A DNA stretch of 63,499 nt, counting the filler, from Octopus bimaculoides (taxonomy: Eukaryota): the NCBI RefSeq assembly GCF_001194135.2. It is 5 parts of 4 records of this genome, joined end to end, with 100 filler letters (N's around TTAATTAATTAA, not from the genome) between each part and the next. Parts side by side here need not be neighbours in the genome. Positions count along the whole stretch, not along the records: positions 30,467 to 49,102 come from NC_068997.1; positions 49,203 to 61,323 come from NC_068985.1; 3 more parts are not named here. One strand, given 5' to 3'. Positions 40,005 to 54,802 of this stretch are shown here, in pieces. How positions within the stretch are numbered: position 1 is the first letter of the stretch; every line of letters starts with the position of its first letter. The notes beneath the pieces were generated by a model, which saw only the letters and a program-made list of their open reading frames with translations, made no database searches and was not told the origin of the DNA. Made by a program: the position numbers and the translations under genes.

Positions 40005-40964
40005 TCACCTTTCTCCTATATATATATAAATATATATTAATTAGAATATCTCATTAAGGTAGGTAGTGATGGTGGATCAGTGAAATACAATGTACCAGTA
40101 ATCTATTGGAATCATTACAGTTTAATTACTCTTGGATTGTCTTCGCCAATATCTAATCCCAATCGGGCCCTGATCGAATACAATTATTTCATTGATCATC
40201 ACGTCATTTTAATGATTTCTTTTTATTTCTTTATTCTATTTTATTTTGTTTTATTCTGTATCTGAATATATTGTATTTCACATATGATGTATCCAAGACT
40301 GTACAATCTCCTCTTTACTTTTCAAAGACGGCAGAGTGTAATATTGGAGGGAAGACTTTTGCTGCTATTTCTAGGATACCGAACGACTCCTTAGGGGCGT
40401 CCTTAATTCTCTCAGTCACCTACCCATAGCCCATCTTCATCGCTCTTGTGGTAGCTATTGTCATTTGCCGGTCCTAAAGCCCCCAGGCGGGACTGGTTGG
40501 GTGCTGACCTGTGCTGGTCAATATTAAATATTCTGTGTTTTTAAGGGATTTGAATAAAAGAGGGAGAAGGGAAGAGAAAGTGTGTGTGAGGAGAAAGTGT
40601 GATTTGGTTGCTATTTCTTGCATTAGAACGACCATGTATGTAGTCATCGTAGATTCCCTCGTCTTGTCCAAGCTTCCCCACACGCACGCACACACACACA
40701 CACTGGTGCCCTGTTATCAGCAGATAGTGTTTACTGTTCTTGCTGTTTGTTAAGAACTGAGGATGGGAGAGGCATTAATGTCACAACACACCATAGTTTG
40801 TCTCTCGCCGGAAACATCCGACCTCGCAAATTCCCTAACTACGTATGTGTGTGTCCGTGTCCGTGTGTGTGCGTGTGTGGTATGTGTGTGTCCGTGTCCG
40901 TGTGTGTGCGTGTGTGGTATGTGTGTGTGTGTGCATGTTTGTAGATGTGTACATATACATTTAC

Positions 40965-41013
<49 letters not shown>

Positions 41014-41879
41014 TATACGTGCGTGTGTGTACGTATGCGTGTATGTATGTATGCATTTATGCATGTATGTATGCATGTATTTATATGTATATGTCTGTAT
41101 GCATGTATTTATGTATGTATATATGTACGTATGTATGTATGTTAAGTAGTCGTGACTTTTCATACAATTTATCGAGTTTATATTCCATTATCCAATGTGT
41201 CGTCTGTCATTGCGAGTTCTTTCTTTCTTTCTTTCTTTCTTTTTGTCTCTTTTTTTTTTTCCTTTTTGCATACTTTCTATAAAGTATATAGTTGGATTCG
41301 AGGGAAATTTGTCTACTACTTTTAGCACGTTGGCCTCGTAGAAACCTCTATTTTCTTTACTTTTCAGCCTCCTGTTGCCAATAGTACAAATGCCAGGCAG
41401 TTACTGGAATCACTATAACTGACGAGAGAATTCCCAGTCTCTAAATTCCAGGCCTTGTGCCTGTATTAGAATCGGTATTCTTCTTATCATTATTATTATG
41501 ACTATTATTATTATTGGACTGACGGAATTAGAAGATTGTCGGACGAAACGCTATGCACTATTTAGTTACGTCCCCTTACCTACTGATTTCCAGTCCCGAC
41601 TGGATCGATTCTGCATTACATCTACCTTTCTGGGGTCAGTTAAGATAGAGTTGAGGGTTAAAGACAGGAATCGATTTAAACAACTTTCACCGCTTTTCAC
41701 AAAATAAATAAAATGCAATAAATAAATAAATAAATTATGGAGTTTGCAAACACGTGAGATTTTAGATAGCCGGAAAAAATAACCAATGGTTTTTAGTTAC
41801 GTCCCTTTGTGGTGGTGGTGGGGGTATGATCAAATCCCGTCAGTGGGTTAACTTATGATGATGGTCTCATCATCTGGGA

Positions 41880-42115
41880 TCGATAAGTATGAAGTACTGG
41901 GCTGGGTCGAGCGCCGGACAAAGTGTTCAGCAGCATTTTATCCGTCTTCATGTTCCGAGGTTTAAATGCCGCCGAAGCCGACTTTGCTTCTCATCTTTTC
42001 GGGGTCGATAAATTAAGTACCAGTCAACCATTATGGTCGAAGTAATTTAATCGACTAGTTCCCTTCCCCTCCCTAAATTTTCAGTCCTTGTGCCTATTAG
42101 TAGAAAGGATTATTA
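41880..42115 (+). mobile_element. SINE family C copy (CpG-retaining)
   Basis: ...aaatgccgccgaagccgactttgcttctcatcttttcggggtcgataaattaagtaccag...ccttgtgcctattagtagaaaggattatt. Confidence 0.8.
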
Positions 42116-42127
42116 TTATTATTGTTA

Positions 42128-42161
<34 letters not shown>

Positions 42162-43097
42162 CGTTTTTGTTGCATTTCTGCTGTTGTTGTTATTACGGTA
42201 ACAAAAGATACCGAACTAATTAACCCACTGTATTTAGCTTCGACGACTTCCACATCTGATTTTTAAGAGCCTCCTGTGTCGATATTTTCCATAATTCTTG
42301 TACTGTCATTAAAAAACCAAAAGCCAAAAAAACAGAAGAACTTATTGTGTACTGGCACGTTTCATTCTCCGTCACTTCAGTCGAGCGACTTATCCTGTTC
42401 TTCAGTTTTGCTGTACCCAATGTACAACATTCATTAGCGTGACCTCTAGTGACAAACACAGATTTATCAGGAAAATATCTTTAATGTTCATATTCCACAG
42501 GGGTTGACTTAACGTTTTATCCGGATAGAGGTGCGATGCAGAAACATGAGGTGGGTTAGTACCAATCAAATGATATTGAGTCGATTAAATCGGTTAAGAC
42601 CCAAATTGTTATATTTGACAACTTGGGGCCCACGTTTAAATTATTATAATTATTATTTGAAGTAGCAGAGTTGTTGTTGCCGCTAATAAAATACCTTGTG
42701 GTATTTACTGCAGTTCTTTACGTTCAACTTCGCCTTTCATCCTTCAGGGGTGGGGAGCGTGGGGTGGCGGGTCAATAGATAAAGTACCAGTTGATTCGGT
42801 TGACTAACCCTGTCCTTTCCTCCACAAATTTGTAGCTTTGCGCCGATGTTAAGAACAGTTATAAGGAATTGTTAAGATCGTCGGGCAAAATGCCTTGTAG
42901 TATTTATTCCAGTTCGTTCACACACACACACAAATACAAATAGAGTATGCCCTTATAAATAACCTCGCTACAAGTTCAAATCCTTCTATGGCCAACTTAA
43001 TTTTTCATCCTTTCGTGATCGACAAAAATTTAGATATCCATTAGCCATCTCTGCCCAGGATTGCTGGTCTTGTACCCAAACCAGAAACCATCATCTG

Positions 43098-43292
43098 TGA
43101 GATGGCGGAATCGTTAGCACGCCGAGAAAAATGCTTAGCGGCATTTCGTCCGTCTTCACGTTCTAAGTTCAAATTCCGCCGTGATTGACTTTGCCTTTCA
43201 TCCTTTCGTGGGATGAAATAAATACTGGGGTCGATGTAATCGACTCACTCACTCCCGACAAATTCCAGACCTTGTGCCTATAGTAGAAAGGA
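43098..43292 (+). mobile_element. SINE family C copy (CpG-retaining), last of several adjacent fragments in 42660-43292
   Basis: ggcggaatcgttagcacgccgagaaaaatgcttagcggcatttcgtccgtcttcacgttctaagttcaaattccgccg...ccttgtgcctatagtagaaagg. Confidence 0.85.
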
Positions 43293-44906
43293 TGTCCCTA
43301 TTTGTTTTGTGTTCGGCCCTTGCGGCCAATAAAAGAAAGAATTATTTTTATTATTTTATTGTTGTTATTATTATTATTATCATTATTATTATTATTATCA
43401 TTATTATTATCACCGGTAGGGATTAGCGACCAAGAATAAGTTGCAGTAACATACTCTGTACACAGTTTCCTCTCTGCTTCCCGAAATGTTGGTCTTTGCA
43501 TCATTTCTAAAACTTACTTGGTGTGGCACTTGACCCCTTGGTCAAATTAGATCAAGCGACCTTATTTATTAGCAAAAGCGTTCCCGTAGTGACCAACCAT
43601 TTTGCCATATATTCAACACGGTGAATCTCTAACGACAGTAGCCTATGTACTGTTGCCCAATGCAAGAGAACAGGACTGTAATTTTGGTGTCTGTTGGCTG
43701 GAAATTTTTAGAAAAGTACAGAGCCACGTAAGGGTTCGCTCGTATGATCTATAGTTGTTATTGTTTAGGCGTTTGTTGAAGCAATGATAATAGACATGGA
43801 GAAAATATTGGCATGATGGCTAGAATTCATAGTTAGAAATCACATGACCGATTCCGTATCCTTGCGCGTGGTTTGAATCGTAGATTATACTATTTTTTTT
43901 CTGTAGACGATCATACTCTGAGCTCTCCTGTTTTCCTTTGCATGAAACACACACATACACACACACGTATGAATGTATATGTATGAATGTATGTGCTTTT
44001 GCGTATATATGAATATGACTTGACATTTTAAAGGAAGTATGAGCATTTCTAGCGATAAACTACGAGGGCAGAAACACAGACACACATACACTCGTGCGTA
44101 CACTTACACATACACACACACACACATACACATATGTATATACGTAAATTCACAAACATACAGACACAGCACAACGCCCATAAAGTCACAAACGCATACA
44201 TAAATAAATACATACATACGCACACAGAAAAATAGATGGCTGAATTGACAGACAAACAGATAGATACATACATACATACATACATACATACGTACTTCTA
44301 GAATAAGTCTTCTATATTGTATGTTCAAATTATGACTTGAAGTTTCGCCACCACAGAGCTTATCATATATATATACAGGCACACGGATACACATGCATGT
44401 TCTCATACATACTTACATACATACATACAAACACATATATATGTTTCTTTTCAAACTTCTACATATATATATATATATATATATATANNNNNNNNNNNNN
44501 NNNNNNNNNNNNNNNNNNNNNNNNNNNNNNNNNNNNNNNNNNNNNNNNNNNNNNNNNNNNNNNNNNNNNNNNNNNNNNNNNNNNNNNNNNNNNNNNNNNN
44601 NNNNNNNNNNNNNNNNNNNNNNNNNNNNNNNNNNNNNNNNNNNNNNNNNNNNNNNNNNNNNNNNNNNNNNNNNNNNNNNNNNNNNNNNNNNNNNNNNNNN
44701 NNNNNNNNNNNNNNNNNNNNNNNNNNNNNNNNNNNNNNNNNNNNNNNNNNNNNNNNNNNNNNNNNNNNNNNNNNNNNNNNNNNNNNNNNNNNNNNNNNNN
44801 NNNNNNNNNNNNNNNNNNNNNNNNNNNNNNNNNNNNNNNNNNNNNNNNNNNNNNNNNNNNNNNNNNNNNNNNNNNNNNNNNNNNNNNNNNNNNNNNNNNN
44901 NNNNNN

Positions 44907-44963
<57 letters not shown>

Positions 44964-45583
44964 TTTTTGTAATTCTGTGAATAAATGGTAACGTGTACAA
45001 AAAGAAACTTCAAGTGCTACTAAGACATAAACACTGTTCTTCACATAGCCAGGTATTGAGTGCATTTTCACGTAAATGTAAACAGAACACCCACGTATTC
45101 TTGCATATGTCATATACAGGAGCAGGCATGGCTCTGTGGTGAAGAACTTCACCTTACAAGCACGTGATTCTGGTTTTCAGTCCACCACGCGACTGACTCC
45201 TAGGACAAGTGTCTCCCACCACAATGATGTGCATTTCTGTGAGAGTGTGTGTGTGTGTTTTGTCTAACAGCTTAGCTGCGAGACAAACAGATATTGCTAA
45301 ATTTAATACCAGATAAAAAAAACAAGTCCGGTGTTGGTTGATATGATCGAATAAACTTTCGTAAGCTGTGCCCCAGCTTGGCTGCCATTGCAGACATTAA
45401 ACGCACACGCACACACACACGCACGCATACTTTTATGCGCGCACGTGCACGCTAACGCATCGACGCGTCTCACAAATTTGCGGTTTCAATTTCGATCCCA
45501 TTTGGCAGCACCTTGAGCATGTGTGCTTTTAATTGGCATACACTAGACTAAAGCCTGTCGTGTGTGTGCGTGTGCGTGTGTGT

Positions 45584-45622
<39 letters not shown>

Positions 45623-46351
45623 TGTGTGCTTGTGTGTGTGATAACAGAATATACTTATAAATACCCTATATACCGTTATTATAAGATATCTTGCTTTCTG
45701 AAAAAGGAAATAGTGCATATAGATTTCCAACATATAATATGCATGTGTGTGTGCGTGTGTATGTGTGTGTGCGTGTGTATGTGCGTCTGCAAGCGTAAAT
45801 GTATATGTATGTGTGATTATATATATGTGTGTATAAGTGTGTCCTTATGTTTTTTTATGAACGTGTGTGTATGTGTGTGTGAATATTTGTATATACATTC
45901 GTGATTTTATTAGCTCTCCAATATGGAAATAAAATCTGTGTATAAGAATGTGAGCGTGTGTGTGTGTCTGTCTGTCTGTCTGTCTGTGTGTACACATGCA
46001 CACACTTGTGTACACATGCACTTCCATTCTCTATAGACTACAGAAATACTTAGATATTAAAAAATGATTGATATTTGCGTGTGTGTGCGAAAATATATAT
46101 ATATATACATACACACACACAAACACACACATACGCGCACACACTCAAACAAACGCAAATAATCGATGCGTGTTCTCTATCTGATTTATGTATTTGAAAT
46201 TTTTCTCTGTATGTATGATATATTATACATATACATATATACATGTGTATGCATTTGTGCATATATATATATAGTTCTTATGAGTTCTTGAAACTTGGTT
46301 ATTTTCCCTAAAACTATATATTTTATATATATATTATTATTATATATATAC

Positions 46352-46390
<39 letters not shown>

Positions 46391-46729
46391 NNNNNNNNNN
46401 NNNNNNNNNNNNNNNNNNNNNNNNNNNNNNNNNNNNNNNNNNNNNNNNNNNNNNNNNNNNNNNNNNNNNNNNNNNNNNNNNNNNNNNNNNNNNNNNNNNN
46501 NNNNNNNNNNNNNNNNNNNNNNNNNNNNNNNNNNNNNNNNNNNNNNNNNNNNNNNNNNNNNNNNNNNNNNNNNNNNNNNNNNNNNNNNNNNNNNNNNNNN
46601 NNNNNNNNNNNNNNNNNNNNNNNNNNNNNNNNNNNNNNNNNNNNNNNNNNNNNNNNNNNNNNNNNNNNNNNNNNNNNNNNNNNNNNNNNNNNNNNNNNNN
46701 NNNNNNNNNNNNNNNNNNNNNNNNNNNNN

Positions 46730-46777
<48 letters not shown>

Positions 46778-47468
46778 CTATATATATATTGTTTCTATAT
46801 AGCTGTTTGTTTTATATTCTAGATTTACCCCGTGTGAAAATATCGACCCACAATCCCTGGTAACCTTACAGAATGCTGGATTGGTGATAACTTTATGAGT
46901 AAGTACTTTTATTTCAATCCAGAATAGTTTCTCTGGTGATTATTTCGTAGGTGGAGCGGAACCGTTTGACCGTCAGATACAAAAAGAAAAAAAAATGAAA
47001 AAAAAAATGCGAATAAGAAAAGAAAAGAAAACTGTCATTTTTGTTCCTTGTCTACTGTATTCAAACCCTGGCCTAGCTTCACTTCGCTTTTAGTCCTTTC
47101 GGGGTCGGACTTTATATATGCGCCTCGAATAGCACTAGCTTCGACTTGAAGGACTCTTACTCCCTGCTGGAATGTGCGGTTCTTATGCCTATGTGTTAGA
47201 AATATTAATGTATCGACCACGGCACTTCAATACCAGTCTAATACTGGAATCGTCCTGTCACCATTCCTCGCCAAAATGACTGCAAAATCAATTTGGATGT
47301 TTGCGGTCGTTCGTCCCATGTATAAGTGGGAGGTGAAATGTCCCTGCGTGTGTGCGCCTATGTATGCATGTATGTATGTATGTATGTAGTTTTCCATAGT
47401 TCGATTTTTTTAGTTAGATTTTCCTGAAATTATTCCAGGGTTGTTTTCGTCCATTTAATTTGTAATTT

Positions 47469-47503
<35 letters not shown>

Positions 47504-48833
47504 ATGTGAATTGTATGTTTTGTGTGTGTGAGTGTTTGAGTGTATGTGTGTGCATGCGAGCGCACTTGAATGTGTGTGTGATTCTTTTTATCGTTTTCCC
47601 GACGGGTAGAGGGAAAATGATGGGGTGGGGAGAGAGACTTCACTTTATTTGCATTCATTGTTTGTTTTGTTATTTATTTGACTCTTATTGTAAAAAAAAA
47701 AAAAAAATTTCAATACATTTTTGACCACGCTTTTTTCTCCCCAAATATGGAATTTTAAAAAGCGAAATGAACATAGAAAAAAAAAAATTTTTTCAATTTA
47801 ATATGTTGTTTATATATATTATTACAGTGTTATATTTATTATGCTTCCCAGAATATCTGACACAAAACAAAAACAAAAAAACACAAATTGAAAACACCTG
47901 AATTATCATCATCATCATTATTATTATTATTATTATTATTGAAGAAATCACTATTACAAATAAAATACGACCAATGTTAGTATTATATGTTCAATGTGTG
48001 GATTATACTGTTTTGACAATATGATGCGAAACGTGACCAGAAAATAATAAACACTGAATAAAATGTTTTTTAAAAGAAAGAACTGATGAGAAAAAAAAAA
48101 AAATGACATTAATCCTCCTCATCATCATTATTATCAACGTCAACAACAACAACAGCAATATCAGCGAAACGACGGGACACTGGATCTTAGAACACTGAAG
48201 GAGAGAAGCACACGGATATAACTCATACACACACACACACGTATACACACACATGCACGCACATGCATGTGTGTGTGTGTGCGCGCGCGCGTGCATGCAA
48301 GTTTAGGTGCGCGTATGTGTTTTGTTTCAACAATGAAAAAAAAAAAAAAATTCTACGAAATAAAACGAACCAAAAAAAAAAACAAATACAGAAAAAAAGT
48401 GGAATTTAATAATTCTGAAATTGCAAATATTTATAATAAAAAAAAAACGTAACAAAATACCAAAAAAAGGACTATAAACACACCCACAGAAACTTTAAAA
48501 AAAAAGAAACGAAAGAAAAACAAAAAAACGAAAATTCACAGGAATTTTCTTGGACCAAATAAAAAAAGCAGAAAAAAAAACAAAACAAAAAACGATTAAC
48601 TGGACCAAATTTACAGAAGTTGCTTCATACCCACATGGTTTCATATACCCGTTCTATACACCTTATATACCCGTTCTTCACCCTGTTATTGTCCTACTCT
48701 TTCTATCATAACAGCCCACTTTCTTTTCTTCTTTTTTTTTTTTTTTTGCATTCCTCCATTCTGCTCGAATCTTTTATAATATATTCTATATTCCCTACAC
48801 ATCTTTAAAACTTCCTAATTCGTACATACACCT

Positions 48834-48864
<31 letters not shown>

Positions 48865-49388
48865 GGCAGATGGGATTATTTTCCTCGTATTTAAAGGTAT
48901 CGGACGGTCGATCGTCAGTCGACTGAAGAGCGTGACGATTCGACTGAGAAACGTCATCCGCACGAAACCTTTTAGGTGTGTAGAAATAATCCTGATTTAT
49001 CATCACTCGGTTACAACAGGGCCCAGACTGCTAACATAGGCGTGTATTGAGCATTTTGCAAATGAGCTCGAAAATATGAGCTAAGAGTTATAAATATTAC
49101 ATNNNNNNNNNNNNNNNNNNNNNNNNNNNNNNNNNNNNNNNNNNNNTTAATTAATTAANNNNNNNNNNNNNNNNNNNNNNNNNNNNNNNNNNNNNNNNNN
49201 NNAGATGTATACACACATTTTACATAAGTTACCGCTCGCGCGCACGCGCACGCATACACGCACACATACACACACATACACACTCACATAAGTACACGCA
49301 CACTCGAACTATTGGAGACGCTCCCACGCATACACTTAGGCCTCTGTGTGTCCGAGCATGTTACCAATTAGAATCACACACACACACA

Positions 49389-49425
<37 letters not shown>

Positions 49426-50102
49426 ACACACAGAGACACACACACACACACACACGCACACACACACACGTACAATCATGCTCTGATACACACTCCCACG
49501 CACATCGTTGTCCCCCCCCATACACACACACACACACATACCCATTGATATGCATGTCTAACTTGGAGTGCTCTAATATATATATTGCCAATTAGGAAGA
49601 GAGACAAGCAGAGCAAAATAACAACAACAACAAGAACAACAACAATGACGACCATAAAAATAGCAGGCAACCAAACGAATAGAAGCCTTGAATCGCTGTA
49701 AATGATTGGTTGAAAAAGTGTGACGTAATTATCTAAAGTTGTTTATGTTATATCTGTCGAAACGTAATTTCCATCGGTCTATATGCTGATGTCGCTGTTG
49801 TTGTTGTTGATGATGATTGTATTGTAGTTGTAGTTGTAGCACGAGAACAGAGAATAAGTGGATTTTAATTAAACAAGTATATAATATGTGCGTGTATGTG
49901 TGTGTGTATTTGTATATGCACATGCATACATATACATATATATGTATTTATACACACACACGCACACATAATTTCTATTAATTGAACCTGAATCTGTGAG
50001 TTTGAGTCGTGACTCGAATTTCACGCTTCTATGAAAAAAAAGAAACATTCTCTAGAGCATGTATTGAGCACTCCTGTCTCATTTGTCCGGCATAAAACAA
50101 CA

Positions 50103-50149
<47 letters not shown>

Positions 50150-50918
50150 CAAATGATATATGGGCATATACATGTATATATACATATATGTACATACCTA
50201 CATCTACATGTATATATAGATGCATATCCGGNNNNNNNNNNNNNNNNNNNNNNNNNNNNNNNNNNNNNNNNNNNNNNNNNNNNNNNNNNNNNNNNNNNNN
50301 NNNNNNNNNNNNNNNNNNNNNNNNNNNNNNNNNNNNNNNNNNNNNNNNNNNNNNNNNNNNNNNNNNNNNNNNNNNNNNNNNNNNNNNNNNNNNNNNNNNN
50401 NNNNNNNNNNNNNNNNNNNNNNNNNNNNNNNNNNNNNNNNNNNNNNNNNNNNNNNNNNNNNNNNNNNNNNNNNNNNNNNNNNNNNNNNNNNNNNNNNNNN
50501 NNNNNNNNNNNNNNNNNNNNNNNNNNNNNNNNNNNNNNNNNNNNNNNNNNNNNNNNNNNNNNNNNNNNNNNNNNNNNNNNNNNNNNNNNNNNNNNNNNNN
50601 NNNNNNNNNNNNNNNNNNNNNNNNNNNNNNNNNNNNNNNNNNNNNNNNNNNNNNNNNNNNNNNNNNNNNNNNNNNNNNNNNNNNNNNNNNNNNNNNNNNN
50701 NNNNNNNNNNNNNNNNNNNNNNNNNNNNNNNNNNNNNNNNNNNNNNNNNNNNNNNNNNNNNNNNNNNNNNNNNNNNNNNNNNNNNNNNNNNNNNNNNNNN
50801 NNNNNNNNNNNNNNNNNNNNNNNNNNNNNNNNNNNNNNNNNNNNNNNNNNNNNNNNNNNNNNNNNNNNNNNNNNNNNNNNNNNNNNNNNNNNNNNNNNNN
50901 NNNNNNNNNNNNNNNNNN

Positions 50919-50964
<46 letters not shown>

Positions 50965-51140
50965 GGGCTATTATATCCCCTTCAGGTCCCCACCTAAACC
51001 AAAGCAAATATTAAGGGAACACAGAGCAACAAATTTGTTCCAACGAGAAGAAAATACATAAATATAGAGAAAGTAGCAATAAAATACAGACAAACACACG
51101 CACAGTTTTATATGCGTTCACACACGCATACATACATACA

Positions 51141-51174
<34 letters not shown>

Positions 51175-51506
51175 AATACATACATACATACACACATACA
51201 TGCATGCATACATACAAACATACATATAAGTGCGTGCGTGTATGTGTATATATACATATATGTGTGTGTATATGTGTATATACATNNNNNNNNNNNNNNN
51301 NNNNNNNNNNNNNNNNNNNNNNNNNNNNNNNNNNNNNNNNNNNNNNNNNNNNNNNNNNNNNNNNNNNNNNNNNNNNNNNNNNNNNNNNNNNNNNNNNNNN
51401 NNNNNNNNNNNNNNNNNNNNNNNNNNNNNNNNNNNNNNNNNNNNNNNNNNNNNNNNNNNNNNNNNNNNNNNNNNNNNNNNNNNNNNNNNNNNNNNNNNNN
51501 NNNNNN

Positions 51507-51538
<32 letters not shown>

Positions 51539-52586
51539 TAAATATATATATATATGTACATACATAGATACATACATACATACATACATACATATAAACA
51601 GACGCATGTGTATACACATACACACGCATATGTACACTTTCATACGCATACGCATATACATACCTGAGCTCATTTCTCTGAGCACACGTATTCATACACA
51701 CATCGAAGCACACTTTTACATACAAACATACACACACACACACACACACGGAAAGTGCAAAATGACAACAACAACAAAAAAAAGAGAAAGAAGAAGAAAA
51801 GAACACACAGACTTAGGTGCGTGGTGGAGGCGGTGGTGGAGGCGGTGGTGGAGGCTAGAAATATTGAGGGAAGGACGGTGCGGTGCTCCGGGAAGGCGGG
51901 GTGGGTGGGTGTAAGGATGTTTAGAAAATTCCCCTTGAAGGAATCTATCATAGCTGAAAGATTTTAATACCGAGACATTCGAGAAATTTCCTTTGACAAA
52001 TAGTATCGAAANNNNNNNNNNNNNNNNNNNNNNNNNNNNNNNNNNNNNNNNNNNNNNNNNNNNNNNNNNNNNNNNNNNNNNNNNNNNNNNNNNNNNNNNN
52101 NNNNNNNNNNNNNNNNNNNNNNNNNNNNNNNNNNNNNNNNNNNNNNNNNNNNNNNNNNNNNNNNNNNNNNNNNNNNNNNNNNNNNNNNNNNNNNNNNNNN
52201 NNNNNNNNNNNNNNNNNNNNNNNNNNNNNNNNNNNNNNNNNNNNNNNNNNNNNNNNNNNNNNNNNNNNNNNNNNNNNNNNNNNNNNNNNNNNNNNNNNNT
52301 ATATATATATATATATGTATATGTGTGTATATAAATGTATGTATGTGTATGTATATTTATGTCTATGTAGGTAATGTGTTTGCCGCTATTTCGATGGTCG
52401 TTTGGCCTTCGTGTTTCATTTCCCATAGCATACCAGTCAAAGGTGAACGGCAAACTAACTCTCTCGAGCATCACCTCTTCATATTTACACCCCGATATGT
52501 CCCACTGGAATGTCACATCTCTCTACATACCCCGTTTCTCGTCTGTGCATGTACGAATGCTTGCTCGCATGTACGTACGTACGTAC

Positions 52587-52617
<31 letters not shown>

Positions 52618-52644
52618 TGTATGTATGTATTCCTTTATTATTTT

Positions 52645-52810
52645 ATTTGTTTTAATCTGCGGCCATGCTGGAGCTCCGCCTTTAGTCGAACAAATCGACA
52701 CCACGGCTTAATCTTCGAAAGGACTTAGTCTTCGTTCTCTTTTGCTGAACCGCTAGATTACGGGACGTAAGCACACCAACATCGGCTGTCAAATGATGGT
52801 GGTGGTACAN
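52645..52810 (-). mobile_element. SINE family B 3' part (CpG-retaining)
   Basis: ctgcggccatgctggagctccgcctttagtcgaacaaatcgac...gaaccgctagattacgggacgtaagcacaccaacatcggctgtc. Confidence 0.85.
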
Positions 52811-53679
52811 NNNNNNNNNNNNNNNNNNNNNNNNNNNNNNNNNNNNNNNNNNNNNNNNNNNNNNNNNNNNNNNNNNNNNNNNNNNNNNNNNNNNNNNNNN
52901 NNNNNNNNNNNNNNNNNNNNNNNNNNNNNNNNNNNNNNNNNNNNNNNNNNNNNNNNNNNNNNNNNNNNNNNNNNNNNNNNNNNNNNNNNNNNNNNNNNNN
53001 NNNNNNNNNNNNNNNNNNNNNNNNNNNNNNNNNNNNNNNNNNNNNNNNNNNNNNNNNNNNNNNNNNNNNNNNNNNNNNNNNNNNNNNNNNNNNNNNNNNN
53101 NNNNNNNNNNNNNNNNNNNNNNNNNNNNNNNNNNNNNNNNNNNNNNNNNNNNNNNNNNNNNNNNNNNNNNNNNNNNNNNNNNNNNNNNNNNNNNNNNNNN
53201 NNNNNNNNNNNNNNNNNNNNNNNNNNNNNNNNNNNNNNNNNNNNNNNNNNNNNNNNNNNNNNNNNNNNNNNNNNNNNNNNNNNNNNNNNNNNNNNNNNNN
53301 NNNNNNNNNNNNNNNNNNNNNNNNNNNNNNNNNNNNNNNNNNNNNNNNNNNNNNNNNNNNNNNNNNNNNNNNNNNNNNNNNNNNNNNNNNNNNNNNNNNN
53401 NNNNNNNNNNNNNNNNNNNNNNNNNNNNNNNNNNNNNNNNNNNNNNNNNNNNNNNNNNNNNNNNNNNNNNNNNNNNNNNNNNNNNNNNNNNNNGTGATTG
53501 GTTGAAATTACAGAAATACGACAACTTTAACATGGAATAACTTGTTAAGAAGACTAAGAGTAAAAGATGTTTTATATGACACATTCTACCAGTGTCCCAA
53601 GTTTCAAAGTGCTTCGTTAGTGTTTCGTTAAGAAAATACTGGTGCCCCCGTTTTGAAATAGATCCCCACACACACACAC

Positions 53680-53835
53680 ACGATTGGCTTTCTTTCAGTT
53701 TCCGTCTATCAAATCCACTCACAAGGCTTTGGTCGGCCCGAGGCTATAGTAGAAGACACTTGCCCAAGATGCTACGCAGTGGGACTGAACCCAGAATCAT
53801 GTGGTTGGTAAGCAAGCTTCTTACCACACAGTCAC
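53680..53835 (-). mobile_element. SINE family B 5' part including tRNA head
   Basis: The reverse complement reads ..ctgtgtggtaagaagcttgcttaccaaccacatgattctgggttcagtccc, with A-box-like and B-box-like motifs. Confidence 0.85.
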
Positions 53836-53927
53836 ATATAATATATTTTTGTGTATATATGTATATCTATATTAACCGTATATATTCCTACATAGCTTAC
53901 ATAAGTAAACACGGACATATACACACA

Positions 53928-53965
<38 letters not shown>

Positions 53966-54145
53966 ATATATGTACATACATTCATGCACACAGACACACA
54001 CACACACATATATATGCACACACTCGTATACACACAGAAAATCATATGCCTTTAATGTACATGTATGCTTATTTATACACACACACACACACACGCATTT
54101 ATATACCTACATACATATCTATCTATCTATCTATCTATCTATACT

Positions 54146-54191
<46 letters not shown>

Positions 54192-54240
54192 AACATACAC
54201 GCACATGTAATTGTCTCAGTGTGTGTGCGTATACATACAT

Positions 54241-54272
<32 letters not shown>

Positions 54273-54632
54273 CCGCATAGACGCTAAGATAAATGCATAT
54301 GTCTGTCTTCATATGTTTATATATACACACATGCACACATACACACGTAAACATACACACGCATACAAACATGGTACACGGGGAAAAAAATAGATATGCG
54401 ATAAAACAGCTGTTACTCAGCTTCTGCGCCTGTTTACAGAAGTGGCCAGCCATATATGACCTTCAATGTGTGGCCAGCCTGCTTTCTTCTTTTTTTCTTA
54501 TTCTTTTTATCGGCCAGTATAGCCGCCCATCCAGCCATCCAGCCGTCCAGCCAACCAACCCTCCATTCATTTATCCGATAGCTCGTCTGTCCGTCCGTCC
54601 ATCCGTCCAATCGCCCGCCAGTCCGTCCATCC

Positions 54633-54694
<62 letters not shown>

Positions 54695-54724
54695 ATGTCT
54701 GTCTGTATGTCTGTCTGTCTTTTA

Positions 54725-54802
<78 letters not shown>

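Noticed and set aside
48923-48955. CTGAAGA...GAAACGTC, canonical hammerhead core words in the right order
   Set aside because: No stem II closing pair (G/A) and no stem I complementarity between the flanks. A competing TCAGTCGA/TCGACTGA hairpin is present instead. At most a fossil.
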